Counted from the first letter of the whole stretch, positions 39,513-53,933 are shown. The stretch is DNA of 63,576 bases, filler included, from Basidiobolus meristosporus CBS 931.73 (GCA_002104905.1; 4 parts of 4 records of this genome joined end to end with filler, not necessarily neighbours in it); one strand, 5' to 3'. The notes: generated by a model not told the origin, from the letters alone. Made by a program: numbers and translations.

Positions 39513-40034
39513 GGGGGAGGAAAGTCACCAAGTGGTGAAATCTTTATTTACTTATGACAAGTATCTAAAGAAGCCAAGTTAATCTGAAGTTTTTCCTAGA
39601 AAGCTAGGTCTGAGAGATATCTTCCTGGTAAGCCAGGTCTGAGAGTTGAGAAGCTGAGTGGTACTATATTTCCTAGTTAGCTAGGTCTGAGATTGGTTTC
39701 CTGGAAAGCCAGGCCTGAGAAGTGAGAATCTGAATATATCTGAGCTAAGTTATACTGGTTTGCGGTAGCTGAATTGTGGCCGGAATGGCCAGTAGACTGG
39801 GGGAACTGAGAGGAATTTCTGGGCGATCACTGGCCAAATTTACTAGGCAAATCTGGCCAATTAGCATTTCAAGGATTTCAGCCAATCAGAGCCTTTACTT
39901 TGCCCGATGGTTGATCAAGCCATCTCCCAATGAGCACACATCAATTTATTAATCAAATTTTGCTGGATCCAGGATTTGAACCCACAACCATGGGTATGGA
40001 AGGGTTAGGGATAACCACAAGGCTAAGTGTTCTT
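39513..40034 (-). mobile_element. Element C: ~520-bp non-coding tRNA-headed SINE-like element sharing the A/B 3' end
   Basis: Minus-strand A-box-like TAGCCTTGTGG (40025-40015) and B-box GGTTCAAATCC (39982-39972) at tRNA spacing; 3' AGGAAAGTCACCAAGTGGTGAAATCTTTATTT. Confidence 0.72.
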
Positions 40035-40233
40035 GGGTTAGGGTTAGGGTTAGGGTTAGGGTTAGGGTTAGGGTTAGGGTTAGGGTTAGGGTTAGGGTTA
40101 GGGTTAGGGTTAGGGTTAGGGTTAGGGTTAGGGTTAGGGTTAGGGTTAGGGTTAGGGTTAGGGTTAGGGTTAGGTTAGGGTTAGGGTTAGGGTTAGGGTT
40201 AGGGTTAGGGTTAGGGTTAGGGTTAGGGTTAGG
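40035..40233 (+). repeat. Telomeric (TTAGGG)n at contig end
   Basis: About 33 units with one GGTTA variant, running into the spacer. Confidence 0.97.
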
Positions 40234-40333
40234 NNNNNNNNNNNNNNNNNNNNNNNNNNNNNNNNNNNNNNNNNNNNTTAATTAATTAANNNNNNNNNNN
40301 NNNNNNNNNNNNNNNNNNNNNNNNNNNNNNNNN
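40234..40333. other. Artificial contig spacer
   Basis: N-run with TTAATTAATTAA. Confidence 0.97.
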
Positions 40334-41511
40334 GTCAACTTGTATAGATTCTGATCTCTGATACCCAAAGCAATATGGGCACCATTTTGATCAGTGATCC
40401 TGCATCCAGAATTGTCAAAACTGAAACTGAGTCCTTCTGCTGTGGCCTTGCTTACAGAGGGTAGGTTCTCGGCTATTTCTGGTACATAGAGTACTTCTTT
40501 AATGGTCAGTGTATGGCTTCCTTCACTGCTTCTAAGGTTTACTTGGATAGTTCCTTCTCCCACTGCATCAAGTGTTCTATTGTCACCCATGAAAACCTTC
40601 TTAATTGGAATTTCTTGATATTGGGTAAAAAGTTCTTTTTGGTGTGTAAAGTGTTGAGAAGCTCCAGAGTCAGTATACCACATCTGAGAATCCTTGTTTG
40701 TGGTCATATTTAGTGCAGATATGAATAGTCTATCTTCAGTTGTTGCAGCATTTCCATATACAGGCTTCTTTTGCTGATAATCTCTCTTTTTGAGACACCA
40801 GTCTGATGTGTGTCCTTTCCTTTTGCAGTAGTTGCAAAATAGGTTGCTGTTGCCTTTGTAGGGTCTTGGGTACCTCCTTTGTTGGTTATCATTGCTTATT
40901 AAAGTATTTTCTTCTTCCTTCTTATTGGCACTTGATTTTCTTAATTCTTCATCCAGGAGCCTTCCATATACATAATTTAAGGTCAAATCTTCAGTTCTGG
41001 ACTCTAGGGCTGATACAAGGCCCTGAAACTCATCTGTCAGGCTACTCAGGATGGTAACTATCACATCCTCATCAGTAGTTGGTACGCCCACAGATTCCAT
41101 CTCATCTACCAGCAGGGTAATTCTGTTAATTAGATTTTTCATTTCTTCTCCTGGCAGCATCTTTGTAGTAAAGAATTTTCTTCTCAGATACATTTTCTTG
41201 GCAGCTGAACATGACTGGTAGATGTCTTCTAATGCCTTCCAGGCATTCTTTGCCATTTTTGCTCTTGAGCATTGAATTAGCAAATTGACCTTGACATTAA
41301 GGCAAATGCAGTTAAAGGCACTTTGTTCTTTCTTCTGGTACTTTAAAGCTTCCTCTCCCACGTTTTTAGGAGGGCATTCTTCTCCCATGACAATATCCCA
41401 AAGGCCTCTTTCTTGTAGCAGCATCTTCATCTTCACCTTCCACACTTGGTGGTTAGATCCATCCAACTTTTCAGCAGAGGGAAAAATTCCAGTAATAGCA
41501 GTAGTAGACAT
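40334..41511 (-). CDS. Copia gag-pol, 3'-partial
   Basis: KLDGSNHQVWKVKM, zinc knuckle CNYCKRKGHTSDWC, protease WYTDSGASQH, LYVPEIAENL; open to the gap. Confidence 0.93.
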
Positions 41512-41891
41512 TGCAGAGAGTGACAGCTTGGGGCCCATAACCTGTTGTAAGAGTCTTGGAGATATTGGAAGTGATTGGGAGAACAAGTAGATTATGTGGT
41601 TTTCACTTAATGATTTATTGAATGTAAAAGTAGTACTTATACTTTTACCTGGTCTTGGCATTACAAACACGTAGAATAGGTTAAAGAAGGTCCCAAGAAC
41701 ATGTGTGCAAAGTTTGGGGCTGTTTGAACAACTTCAAGAATTTTCATGTTCTGGGTACCTGGTATTTTGGTGAAAATATTCTAAGTAAATCCCGACAACA
41801 AATTTGGTCAGTATTCTCTAGGATTTGAAGGTGATGATCTAAGTGACTAAGTTAGGTGAATATTTAGGTGGAAATACAAATTTTTACAACA
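40334..41891 (-). mobile_element. Ty1/Copia retrotransposon, 5' part (LTR, PBS, gag-protease), cut by the contig end
   Basis: LTR 41543-41891 with TGTTGTAA/TTACAACA termini; PBS GGTTATGGGCCC at 41542-41531. Confidence 0.95.
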
Positions 41892-43275
41892 GAGCAAAGC
41901 TTGCATAGTAGCAGTACAGGTTATAATGGTACCCATTTGAATAGTGTGCAACCATATCTCCTAAGCAGCTCAGTTGGCCAATACTTGTCCCAAGTTGCAG
42001 CATGGAGTCTACAAGATTTGATGGCAACAAATGCAAATTGTATATCTTCAGCTTTTTTGCTTGAATGCAGCAGGATAAAGAGTACTTATTTCTGCAGGTG
42101 GTGAAGTTTATTTTTTACTAGCAGCAAGCTCACTAACATCCTCAATAAATAGCAACACATAATGATACTCTGAGCTATGTCTTCAGCCTTTCATGAGCCA
42201 TATTGGCACATTTGTATACAAATGTGTATCAACACTTGAAGAGTTGCTGCACTTATTATTGCCTACACCTGTGGCTACTTGAGCTACTATTGCAGCCTGA
42301 GGAGGAGAGTGCGGCTTGCCATCATTATCTTGACCTTGTTCATGGTGGTTTTTCTTTTTGGGAAATTGCCTTTTTCTGGGTTTTTTCCTTTTTGATTGAG
42401 TGCTTAGGATCTTGATGCTGGCATGACCAAGAAAGCCAACATTTTCATTCCAAGAGGTTCCATTGGGGTTGTTCATTATAAATGTGCAATCCAGTAGGGA
42501 TACAGACTGAAATTTATAGCACTCAAAAATTGCAATAAGTGCTGCCATGACTTTGGCTGCCTCTGCATGGCCAGACACCTCAAGTGCAACTTCAATCACC
42601 TTGGCAGTAGTAGAATGCTCTTGTATCCATTCTGTTTTGGGCAACCACTTTGTGATCTCGGAGGTAGTGGCTGAGTGCTTCACTGGCAGTTGAGGTGCCT
42701 AGGGCCCTGGAGTGGTGACTGATTGCACCTTTGTGGGCATCAGCATCAGGAAACTTCAGGGAATTAATGCTATAGGCTCAAACAAGGTTAGAATCTTACA
42801 TTTCCAGTCAATGCTTTGCTGCTGATAGCACAATTAGACAAATAGCATCACAGTATTCCCAAAAAACCAACTTAAGACTTATTATAGGTAGTACTATCAG
42901 GTAATTGACAGTTTGTTGGCTACAGATTTCTTGCTGCTTCTTGGCACATCATTTGCAATCTAGAAACGAATTGAATTCCACCTAGGCCATATGTATTGGA
43001 TTTTCATCATTTCACTTGGTATGGCTTTTATCCAGTTTTTTAACTCATATCACGAATTTTACTGTAAACCCAACCACCAAGGATTCATTGAGCAAAATGT
43101 ACAATTCTTGAGACAGCGAAAATTACTTAGGTAGGCAATCAAAAACACATTTCAACGATCTAATAAGAATTTACATAACCAGTTTTATTGGGTTTGATTA
43201 ATCTAGTGAGTGTACTTTAGATCCATATGTACGGAGGTGATTAGAATTTACATTGCTCAACACAAAGACGACTTT

Positions 43276-44286
43276 CTATTGAATATAGGCCGGTGGCGCT
43301 TCAGCTTGAGGGATCGCCACACATTTGCTTGTGGCGTATGTTGGTGGGCAGTCCAGCTTGATGATTTCATATGTAGGCAATGGCTCGTACATCTGAGTCT
43401 CCTCTGAGCCAACTGTATGACGGACTACGCAGACTGGAAGGATTGATCGAATCTGTTCGATTTTTCCATCCACCTCCACTTCGATCCTTGTATAAAGGCT
43501 ATGTAACACCTCCACATATGGCGTACTAGAGTCGAAGTGGACATTTTTACTGGATTTCGGAACGGTCAGCGACAAGTAACTTTGTTCACTTCCTTCGAGA
43601 ATCTCGGTGGTTGTAGTATGCAACCACTTTTTGACACAACTGGCATCATCACCGGGACTGCCATCGGCCTTGTTGTAGATGGTTTTCTCATTCAATCCAG
43701 CCCACACATTCACAAGCTTGCATCTCGGGTCCAATATCACGTGCTTCAACGTGACGGGGAAACTATCTCCTGGAATGTACTCGTGGCTGGGGATGACTAC
43801 CTCGTAGTCAATCATATCTTTCCAGGAATTCTGGATGTGTGTGTTGTACGCCACTGACAATAATTGGCTGTTGTTCTTGTGAATAAACACTGCTTTGTCA
43901 GTCCTGATGTTGGAGTAAAACAACGGGGTTTCCACAGTAGCTTTCAGGCTGTATTCCACCCTGGCATAGTCCGCGACGCATGATTCTGGAAGATCACTAG
44001 GCAATGGGAGGTCGAAATCGTATGTGTACTGTTGGGCATCGAATAGTGTAGAACCAACGTCGTGATGAAACGTCCAGGTGTGCTCAAAAAAGGTCTTTCT
44101 GGTGGTTTGGAAGCCTTTGGCCATGGTCAGCTTACCACGGAAGCTTAGGTTTATGTACACGACTTTGATGGAAGAAGATGGGCAAAAGACGAGCTTCCCT
44201 TTGAGCATGGAGGAAGCGCCACCTTCCTCGTACTCTCTCTTGTAAAATGTATCTTGATCCAACTGGATTTGAAGCTTGGGACTCAT
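43276..44286 (-). CDS. Alpha-arrestin, intronless
   Basis: LKGKLVF, YTYDFDLPLPSDLPES, VEYSLKA, VEVLHSL; LPTY/PPTY/PPAY. Confidence 0.87.
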   Translation of the reverse strand: MSPKLQIQLDQDTFYKREYEEGGASSMLKGKLVFCPSSSIKVVYINLSFRGKLTMAKGFQTTRKTFFEHTWTFHHDVGSTLFDAQQYTYDFDLPLPSDLPESCVADYARVEYSLKATVETPLFYSNIRTDKAVFIHKNNSQLLSVAYNTHIQNSWKDMIDYEVVIPSHEYIPGDSFPVTLKHVILDPRCKLVNVWAGLNEKTIYNKADGSPGDDASCVKKWLHTTTTEILEGSEQSYLSLTVPKSSKNVHFDSSTPYVEVLHSLYTRIEVEVDGKIEQIRSILPVCVVRHTVGSEETQMYEPLPTYEIIKLDCPPTYATSKCVAIPQAEAPPAYIQ

Positions 44287-46062
44287 TTTGAGGGAATAGA
44301 GCTAGGAAGTCTTTGGGTGACGAGGAAACCCAGCAGCCCATTGTCACTTATATACACAAAAGCCAGATTAGTTCTTTCCTAAACGATCAACTCAGCTTTC
44401 CAAGTTTTCATTACTGACAATTTATCCGCACGCTATCATGCCTACACCACCAATATTACTAGCCAGGATTGGAGTATTGGTTAGGGAGAGCGATTTCCAA
44501 TTGCCTAATTCATCCAGGACTTTGCAAAACAATTTGCGCTCCCGTCAAATAAAATTGGCTGGCTGAGAGCGTGTCTGTATATCACATCTATCTATCGATG
44601 AAAACCTGCTAAATTTGGCCCCTTGGGTCTGCCTTATAGGAGACTAGACTTCCATATAAGTGATCTCCGATAAATTTTCTTCATTGCTGCTTTAGTCTAC
44701 TCCGTTACCACAAATGCCGATCAGACATGATATAATCCAGCCCCATAATTCGGAGATGGCCCGATAATGAAACCATGTGCTCCAGCGCAAAATAGCAATG
44801 TGGAGCTCAACAAGTACTAGATTCGTATGGAATTGATCTATATTAAGCGGTGACAATCCGAGGTAGACTTGCATAAACGAAGTATCAGATGGCTACTGAT
44901 ACTACAGTTAATCTGAATCACACTGACATCAAATCTGAGCACAAGATTGTCATTGCTCTCTTCCAATGTAACAAGCGCATGTAGGGTTGTGGTGTAACTC
45001 AGGCGCGAAGGTGCGTGGTATCCGGAAATTTGTAGACAGCTATCTGGATGCTGTAACGATGGCAACAACATTGGCAATCAATTGAATTGCCTTATTGGGG
45101 CGCCAACCCCAAGGCCAACCATCGGTGTCGATAAGGGCAGGTATTGATTGTTGGGGCCGTGACAAAAACACATGTATCCACGCTAATGCTCCTCCCCCGA
45201 CTCGAAACACTGACATAGGAGAGGTTGTCAAATAAGCTCTTATCTGAAACACACTATTCAATGTTCTCGATTAGTCGGTAATTAGACTCGAAATCCCTGG
45301 TTCCAGATATGGTGCGCATTAGACAGTCCTACCCGGAATCAGTGGCCAATCATTGCGCATTCATGAGTTTTTCTTTAATGGGTTGGTTGAGAATGCTCAG
45401 CAACGTTTACTACATTCACCGCAATGCGTTGCCGGACAATGGGTTTGCTGCTGATATGAAGATATGTTGTGATTTACAATTGAATCAGATTCTAGCCCCA
45501 TACATCCTCATTGCATTTGCTGTAATCCTCGCGAGCTTCTTGATCCTCTATCTTACCAATTTGCGACATCACTGGTCATTTCGGAAACAGATCCGTAAAC
45601 GCAGAATGCTCCTTTTTATGTTGCAAACGATACCAAATCACATAGTAGCTCATGTCACACGTACTTTCCGGGATTGCCAATTTGAGAGTAGATGCGATTT
45701 AACCCATAAAGTGTGCTATCATTAACAAAACCTTCGGGCTCCTCTTGATAAATGCTCAGGAGCGCAGCATCTAAGGGATAAATGAGTAATAGCTTTGCCA
45801 CTTTTTGCTAGCCCGATGGCCACTCTAGCGCCGCTCTACGAGAAATAGAAAACTGCAATAGGGGTGAAAATACTGAGAGCTTAATAGGAAAGCGCGTTTT
45901 TAATGAGACTTGGCTCATTAATGAATACTGATAACCATCGAGCGATTTGCGTGGAGCTACTGAGAATTACCTCAATTACTACATCTGGTGCATTGGCATA
46001 TGGAATGACCCTTTTTTCAACTAAACCAGCTTCATTTTCAGGTGATGCTTCCTATGCGGGAT

Positions 46063-47207
46063 CTAATATCTTTGGGGAGTTAGATTGCTACGGCGGTATT
46101 TCCTAAAGCGCTGGAGTTCCATATTTGTGAGTATACGGGTCCTAGGGGTCCTATACGATACACCAGTAATAGGCTTTTGAAAAGTCGTGTTCGAAAGACT
46201 AACCCCGAGCCTTTTGTTCCTTAATCGTGCAATATAGAGATATGCATTTTGCTGGTCCACTCCGACCAATCTGTACATTTCCTGCTCAAAGTCTCATCAA
46301 TCGCCCCATTTGAATGTTCTTCAAAGCCCATATTTGAGCCCGACAGAAATCGGAATTCTGGATGGACGAAGTTTCCCCGCGCCTAACAGAACAAATAGCT
46401 CAGCTTGAGAGTGATTGCAAGATTGCTTCCAGGAGTGACCTTGATGAACCTATTTTCAAGCCTTACGGTAATCATAGAAGAAATGCAGTGGGCCAGCTTG
46501 TTAACCATCGTAGGAACTCTCATTCACACGAAATTATACCAATGCAACCGAGGAGGATGGAAACCGAATGCATTGTGATTTCCTTGCTTCTTCAGAAGGG
46601 ATATATCTATCTGGATGAAGGCCTCGGGCTCAGGGAGGATGCTGAGATTATAGCGCAGCAAACAGCCGTGTTTTTTTTGTGGAAGGTCCTTATGCATGTA
46701 GTATTGAACCGCTAGGTGCCTCATGAGTAAATATATACATCTGGAAAGAGTTTTTGAAGGCTTTTGATTCCCAATACGCTATCGTACAACTTTTCCTGCG
46801 GGTTTATTACGGGCTCCTTGGCAACATATGCCATCAATCCTCGAAAATATGCAGATTCCAAGTGCAATGAAGCGTTTGAGATTTCCAGTAGAACTGCAGT
46901 GGTGATTTCAGATCTGCCGCTATCCTCAGACCAGTGGAAGTGAATTAATGTGTGATGCTTTTCACGATCGGAGACGTCACCTGATTCCTCGGTACCTTGC
47001 ACTTGCTGATCTTAGATTTATAAATGATCCCATCCAAAGTGCATTATTTGGCTGATCGGGTTTCACATAAGCAAATCCCGAAACCTCATTTAGAATTAGG
47101 CGGCCACTCAAGATTTCAAAGCTTTGGCCATCGTGCAAGGTGCCACCAGCAAGTGTATATTCAACATTAGCCTTTACTATTTCATTTGTAATTGGTGCTT
47201 CTGTCAC
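46063..47207 (-). CDS. Possible multi-exon hypothetical protein
   Basis: Consecutive minus-strand ORF pieces with protein-like composition; no motif recognised. Confidence 0.3.
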
Positions 47208-47372
47208 GCATCATCAACAAACCAAGAGTATTATTCAGATGGGCGCATATGAGAAAGTGAGGGGCTCTGTAGAAACAAATGGAAATACGAAAATATAAAC
47301 ATTCAAGATCCGAGGTAATTGCTCATCATCATTAGGGACAAACAGGAATTACTGGGGGGAGAGGGTGCTCAT

Positions 47373-49309
<1,937 letters not shown>

Positions 49310-49610
49310 CTTGATGTGACTTGGTTGTGGACAAACGGTATTGCTTACGTGAAATAGACCAAGTTGTGGTGTTGACTAGTCTATCAAGCTGAAAAATTTA
49401 AACCACTAAAGGGTAATTGGCGATTTAATCACGATGTATTGGGATTATAGTCACAAAAATCGTTTATTGGGATAGAGAAACAGTAGTAGCTGCCGTTCTC
49501 TCCATAATTTTATTAGAGCCCTCAAAATCTTTTTGTACCATTAATTAACCGAATTCAACTTTAAGCGCGTAAAATAACCTTGACTACGGAGAAGCACTCT
49601 ATAGTCTCAA

Positions 49611-51654
49611 ATGGCGGATCAAAGAAATAACAATGGGAATTCGGCAACGCCTTCACCGCAGCAGGTATTCTTTGAAATTTGGCTACGATTTCGACTTTCA
49701 CATACGATTCTCAATGCTTACTTTAGTTATTTATCAGATTGCTGCCATGATTGCTAAAAAGCAAAAAGAAGTTGCGGAGAAGTTTAAAAATTTTTCGAAC
49801 GGTCATACCTCAAACGCCTCGCCTACCCCGCCACCTACATCTTCTAGTACTCCATTTTCTGCTGCTGAACTTCAGCGTAGGATTCAAGAAACCAAGGAGC
49901 GGGTTGCGGCACAAACCAGAAATCCTTACCTAGTAAGCTGCATATATTCATGAAAAGTGCTGTTCGAGTATCCTAAACCTTTTGTCTAGCCGTCTACTTC
50001 CAAGGGTGGCGATGTGCAAGTGAAGCCGAAGGGCGGCTTACATGTGCCTTCCCATCCGATATTGATGGTTGATCAGCTAGGAAACTTCAAGAAAGGCTCA
50101 AAGCTTATTCCTAAAGCGAATTTTGCCACTGTGAAGGTAGATCCTTGATTAGTTATTTCTACAACAACTCTTCTTCTAACCGCATTTGCTCTAGGCGAAC
50201 CAACGTGTCGCCTCGCAAACTTCCAAAAGGGAGTTGAAGCTCTTGAGTGCCCCGACCGAGTTTTCAGACGTCACTAAGAATCCGTACTTTGATCCCAGCT
50301 TGGGTACAGACTACGCAGCACCCAAATCGCGCGCACCAAAGAGACTTAGATTCAACGAGAAGGGAAAATTCATTGCTCAGGCAGAAAACATTAGAGCACA
50401 GGTATATCTAGAACAGCTATAGTAAGGACAGCAAATCATACTGACACATCGTGGCTCATAGATACAACTCGAGAAACTCAAGGAGCAAATTGCTGCCGGA
50501 GTCAAAAAGGCAGGAATGGAAGAACTTGATCTTATGTCAGATAAAGCGATCAAGCGTGATCCACCCCCAACGATTGAATGGTGGGATGCTCAGCTGTTAA
50601 CAAACGGCACTTACGAAGATCTTGATAGCGGCGAGGCTAGAGTAGAGGGCGAGAGTTCCGTCATTACACAATACATACAACATCCAGTTCCGATTGAACC
50701 TCCCGTCGACTTGAACGCGCCTAAACCGAAGCCATTGATGCTTACAAAGAAGGTATGGCACCCTCGCATATTCAGCCATTGTAAGATTAACCCTAATTGG
50801 GAATATTTGCAGGAGCGTAAGAAGTTGAGAAGACAAAGACGCCTCGAACTTCAGAAAGAAAAACAGGACAAGATTCGTTTAGGCCTTCTACCGCCTGAAG
50901 AACCTAAAGGTAATTACTTATAGTGTCCAACGTATGACTTGGATTTGCTAATGAATCACCGTTTTACAGTCAAAATGAGCAATTTCATGAGAGTTCTTGG
51001 TGAGCAAGCAGTCATGGATCCATCCAAGATCGAGGCACAGGTGCGAGCACAGGTCGACAAGCGACAACAGGCACATCTCCGACAAAATGCCGAGCGGAAG
51101 TTGACAGACGAACAAAGAAGAGAAAAGAAAGCTAAAAAATTGAACGAGGATACCAGTCAAACATCGCAAGTGGCCGTTTTCAAGTAAGCACTTTACCCTT
51201 AATGCTACCAAATTCTTTCGACGGCCAATTTGTTTATTTTGCATTCATCAGAATCAAGGATTTGTCTCACCCGCAGAAGAAATTCAAGGTTGAGATGAAC
51301 GCTCAACAGTTATACCTTACTGGGACCGCCGTCTTCAACCCGGACTTTAATCTCGTGATCGTAGAGGGCGGGCCTAAAGGTATAAAGGCATACAAGAAAC
51401 TAATGCTTCGTCGCATCAAGTGGTCCGATGCGTCCGACGACGAGGACGAGGTTCCTGAAAAAGCTAACAACTACTGTCTTCTCGTGTGGGAGGGCGAGAT
51501 CAAGGAGCGAGGCTTCAAAGGATTTAGATTCAGAAGATGTGAATCCGAGAATCATGCCAGAGAATGGCTATCGAAAGGCAAGGCTGAGCATTATTGGGAT
51601 CTTGCCAAAAATGTCAACTCGGACGAGCTGCTTCAATTCCAAACTCCTATGTAA
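49611..51654 (+). CDS. PRP3: U4/U6 snRNP protein Prp3, multi-exon
   Basis: PPTIEWWD, YIQHPVPIEPP, ERKKLRRQRR, KMSNFMRVLG, FKVEMNAQQLYLTG, EGGPKGIKAYKKLMLRRIKW. Confidence 0.96.
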
Positions 51655-52671
51655 CCTTACAACCACCATGGTGGCTTAGAATGATTCAACTTGTATAAAA
51701 TAATAAAGCTTCCGTCTCACAGGGATCGTTTTATGTGCTAGAATGTAGCCTGGAGCAATCAATCAAAAACATCAAGGGACCCGAGTTTTCACGACCCGAC
51801 TAGTGCATGTATGATAACATATGCTGAAAAGCCCTATTCGTGCCAAGCAGCTTAACGAATCTTCAGTTTCTCTCGACTTTCCCCAATGCTCTCCTGCAGA
51901 TTACCCAATTGACTTGTTCACTTCACTGTATGCATACCCCAGAGGTAATAATATGTGAGCTCGAACAAGGAACACATGAACTAGCTGTTGGCCGATTCTA
52001 TTGATGAAGGTGTCGTACTCCTGAGGTAAAGGTTGGCAAATATTCCCAGGAACCCCAACCCGTCAACAAGAAAATGAGCAAAATCAAATCTTCAGGTGGG
52101 CCCAGTGTGGATATACTGGCACGAAAAGGCATGAACCAAGGGGAGAATCCACTACGGAAGATGGGTTTCGGATGGAAATAGCAACACTAACCTGTGGACG
52201 AGCTTAGTTTGGGTAAATGCTGATTAAACATCGAGAAACGACTTGATGGAAATATTACATAATACATATCAATTGATTTGAAGTAAAGCAGCAAAACGGA
52301 TACGGCTTACTTAATTTCCGAACAGTTCTTGGCTGATTTGGCATTCGTTACTGGAAACTGAAATCACCCGAAGGATAAACTCTGTCTCGTGTTAGCACCC
52401 AACGTCCATGTAATACGAGCCTGGCTAAAGAGCGAATTGGATGGCAAAAAGGGCGGCAATATCGTTCACCCACGGCAGTTGGTTGATTTGGTCAGTCCCG
52501 TGGCCGACGTGCTATATCTGGTTAGGAGGTCGTATGCGTGATGAATTATGACATGTTCGATGATCAAGGATGAACAGTCCGATCCGACTTGATTTTTTCA
52601 AGTACATAAATTGGTCACTGGTCCCACGCGGTAAATTCTTCAATGAATCCTCTATTTTGTGTTTAAAGCCT

Positions 52672-52770
52672 TGAATCCATACCAAAAGCAAACACCAAAC
52701 CACCCACACGAACACCCTGAATCCGCACCAAAAGCAAACACTAAACTACCCACACGAACACCTTGAATCC
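52672..52770. repeat. 46-bp tandem duplication upstream of arrestin
   Basis: TGAATCC at 52672, 52718 and 52764 with near-identical intervening sequence. Confidence 0.85.
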
Positions 52771-52817
52771 TACAAATTCACTGAGCTTAATACTGGTGGA
52801 ACCTCTTATTAACCAGC

Positions 52818-53901
52818 ATGTTTGGGAGAAATTCTCTTTCCATTCATTTGGAAAATAACCACATAATCTTGCGTGGAACCAGCCAAGAATCCGCCGGCTA
52901 CGTTCTTCGTGGGTTCCTGCTGTTGCAAATACATCAACCCACTCGGATCAAGTCCATTGAGCTAAACTTTATAGGCCAAGCACTTATTCAAGGTAACCAC
53001 ACTGTCTTTTGAGTCCTCCTTGAGGAAAGACTTGCTGATCAAGCTCATTCCATTAGAAACGAAACCTTATAAGCGCACAATAGTAGAAAAGAATTGGTGC
53101 TTTACCGGAGATTCGGCAACTGAATCGGAGGAGCCTCGTATTTATCAGAAAGGGAAGTATGAGTACCACTTCGAAATGCCGTTGCACGGAAATATACCGC
53201 AGTCTATACATACACCGAAGGGCAATATCAGCTACCAGTTTAAAGCGATTGCTCGTAAATCCGGTTTTCGCACAAGTCTTGAGTGTGACTGCTCTGTACA
53301 TGTTGAGAGATCATTTGGGCCTCTACCCACGGATTTGGAAACATCGTTGATACGCACAGGCGATGTTCAGGGACAAATGAAATTCTCGGTGGCATTGCCA
53401 TGCTGCAACTTCACAACTGGGCAGCAAATCCCTATTATGCTTGGCATCCGGCCACTCTCCCGCGGCATTAAGGTTTTCAAAGTGAACATTCGGTTGAAAG
53501 AGACGGTCAGATATCGTACATTTTTCGAGGACTGGTCCGATACTCACGAGGAAAGAATCGACGAAACATCGTGCATATGGAGGCCAAAAGTCTCGGGCTG
53601 GTGGGAGCAGCCGCTTGTCTTGAAGATCCCAAAGGGGCAGAGTTCGGTGAGAGCCGACAATAAATCACGATACATCCATTTGTGGCATTTCATCGAGGTT
53701 CAGATCAACCTGGTTGATTTGACAAGGAAAAAGCGCTATTTGACGGTGCAGATCCCTATACATATTTTCTCAGAGAAGTTGATCGAAAGTGAAGAAGCGC
53801 TACCGGTATACGAAGCAACTCCAGTCCAGCCGCCTGACTATCTCTCTAGCGTCCGGCAGATAGCTGATATATCTGGACATCCAAGCGTGCTGACATATTA
53901 G
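52818..53901 (+). CDS. Alpha-arrestin, one intron
   Basis: ILRGTSQESAGYVLRG, IKSIELNFIG, YEYHFEMPLHGNIPQS, ISYQFKA; LPVY/PPDY. Confidence 0.87.
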
Positions 53902-53933
53902 CCCAGCCTACACATCAACCTAACTGGCAACGT

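Noticed and set aside
39972-40032. Functional tRNA gene
   Set aside because: D-stem, anticodon arm and acceptor stem do not pair; kept only as a SINE head.
39930-40178. LGLGLG repeat protein
   Set aside because: Translation of the telomere tract.
40035-40333. Interstitial telomere or chromosome fusion next to a Copia element
   Set aside because: The tract runs into an artificial spacer; it is a contig end.
42183-42683. 166-aa ORF next to the Copia LTR
   Set aside because: CpG-poor and probably a transposon relic, but no domain I can recognise.
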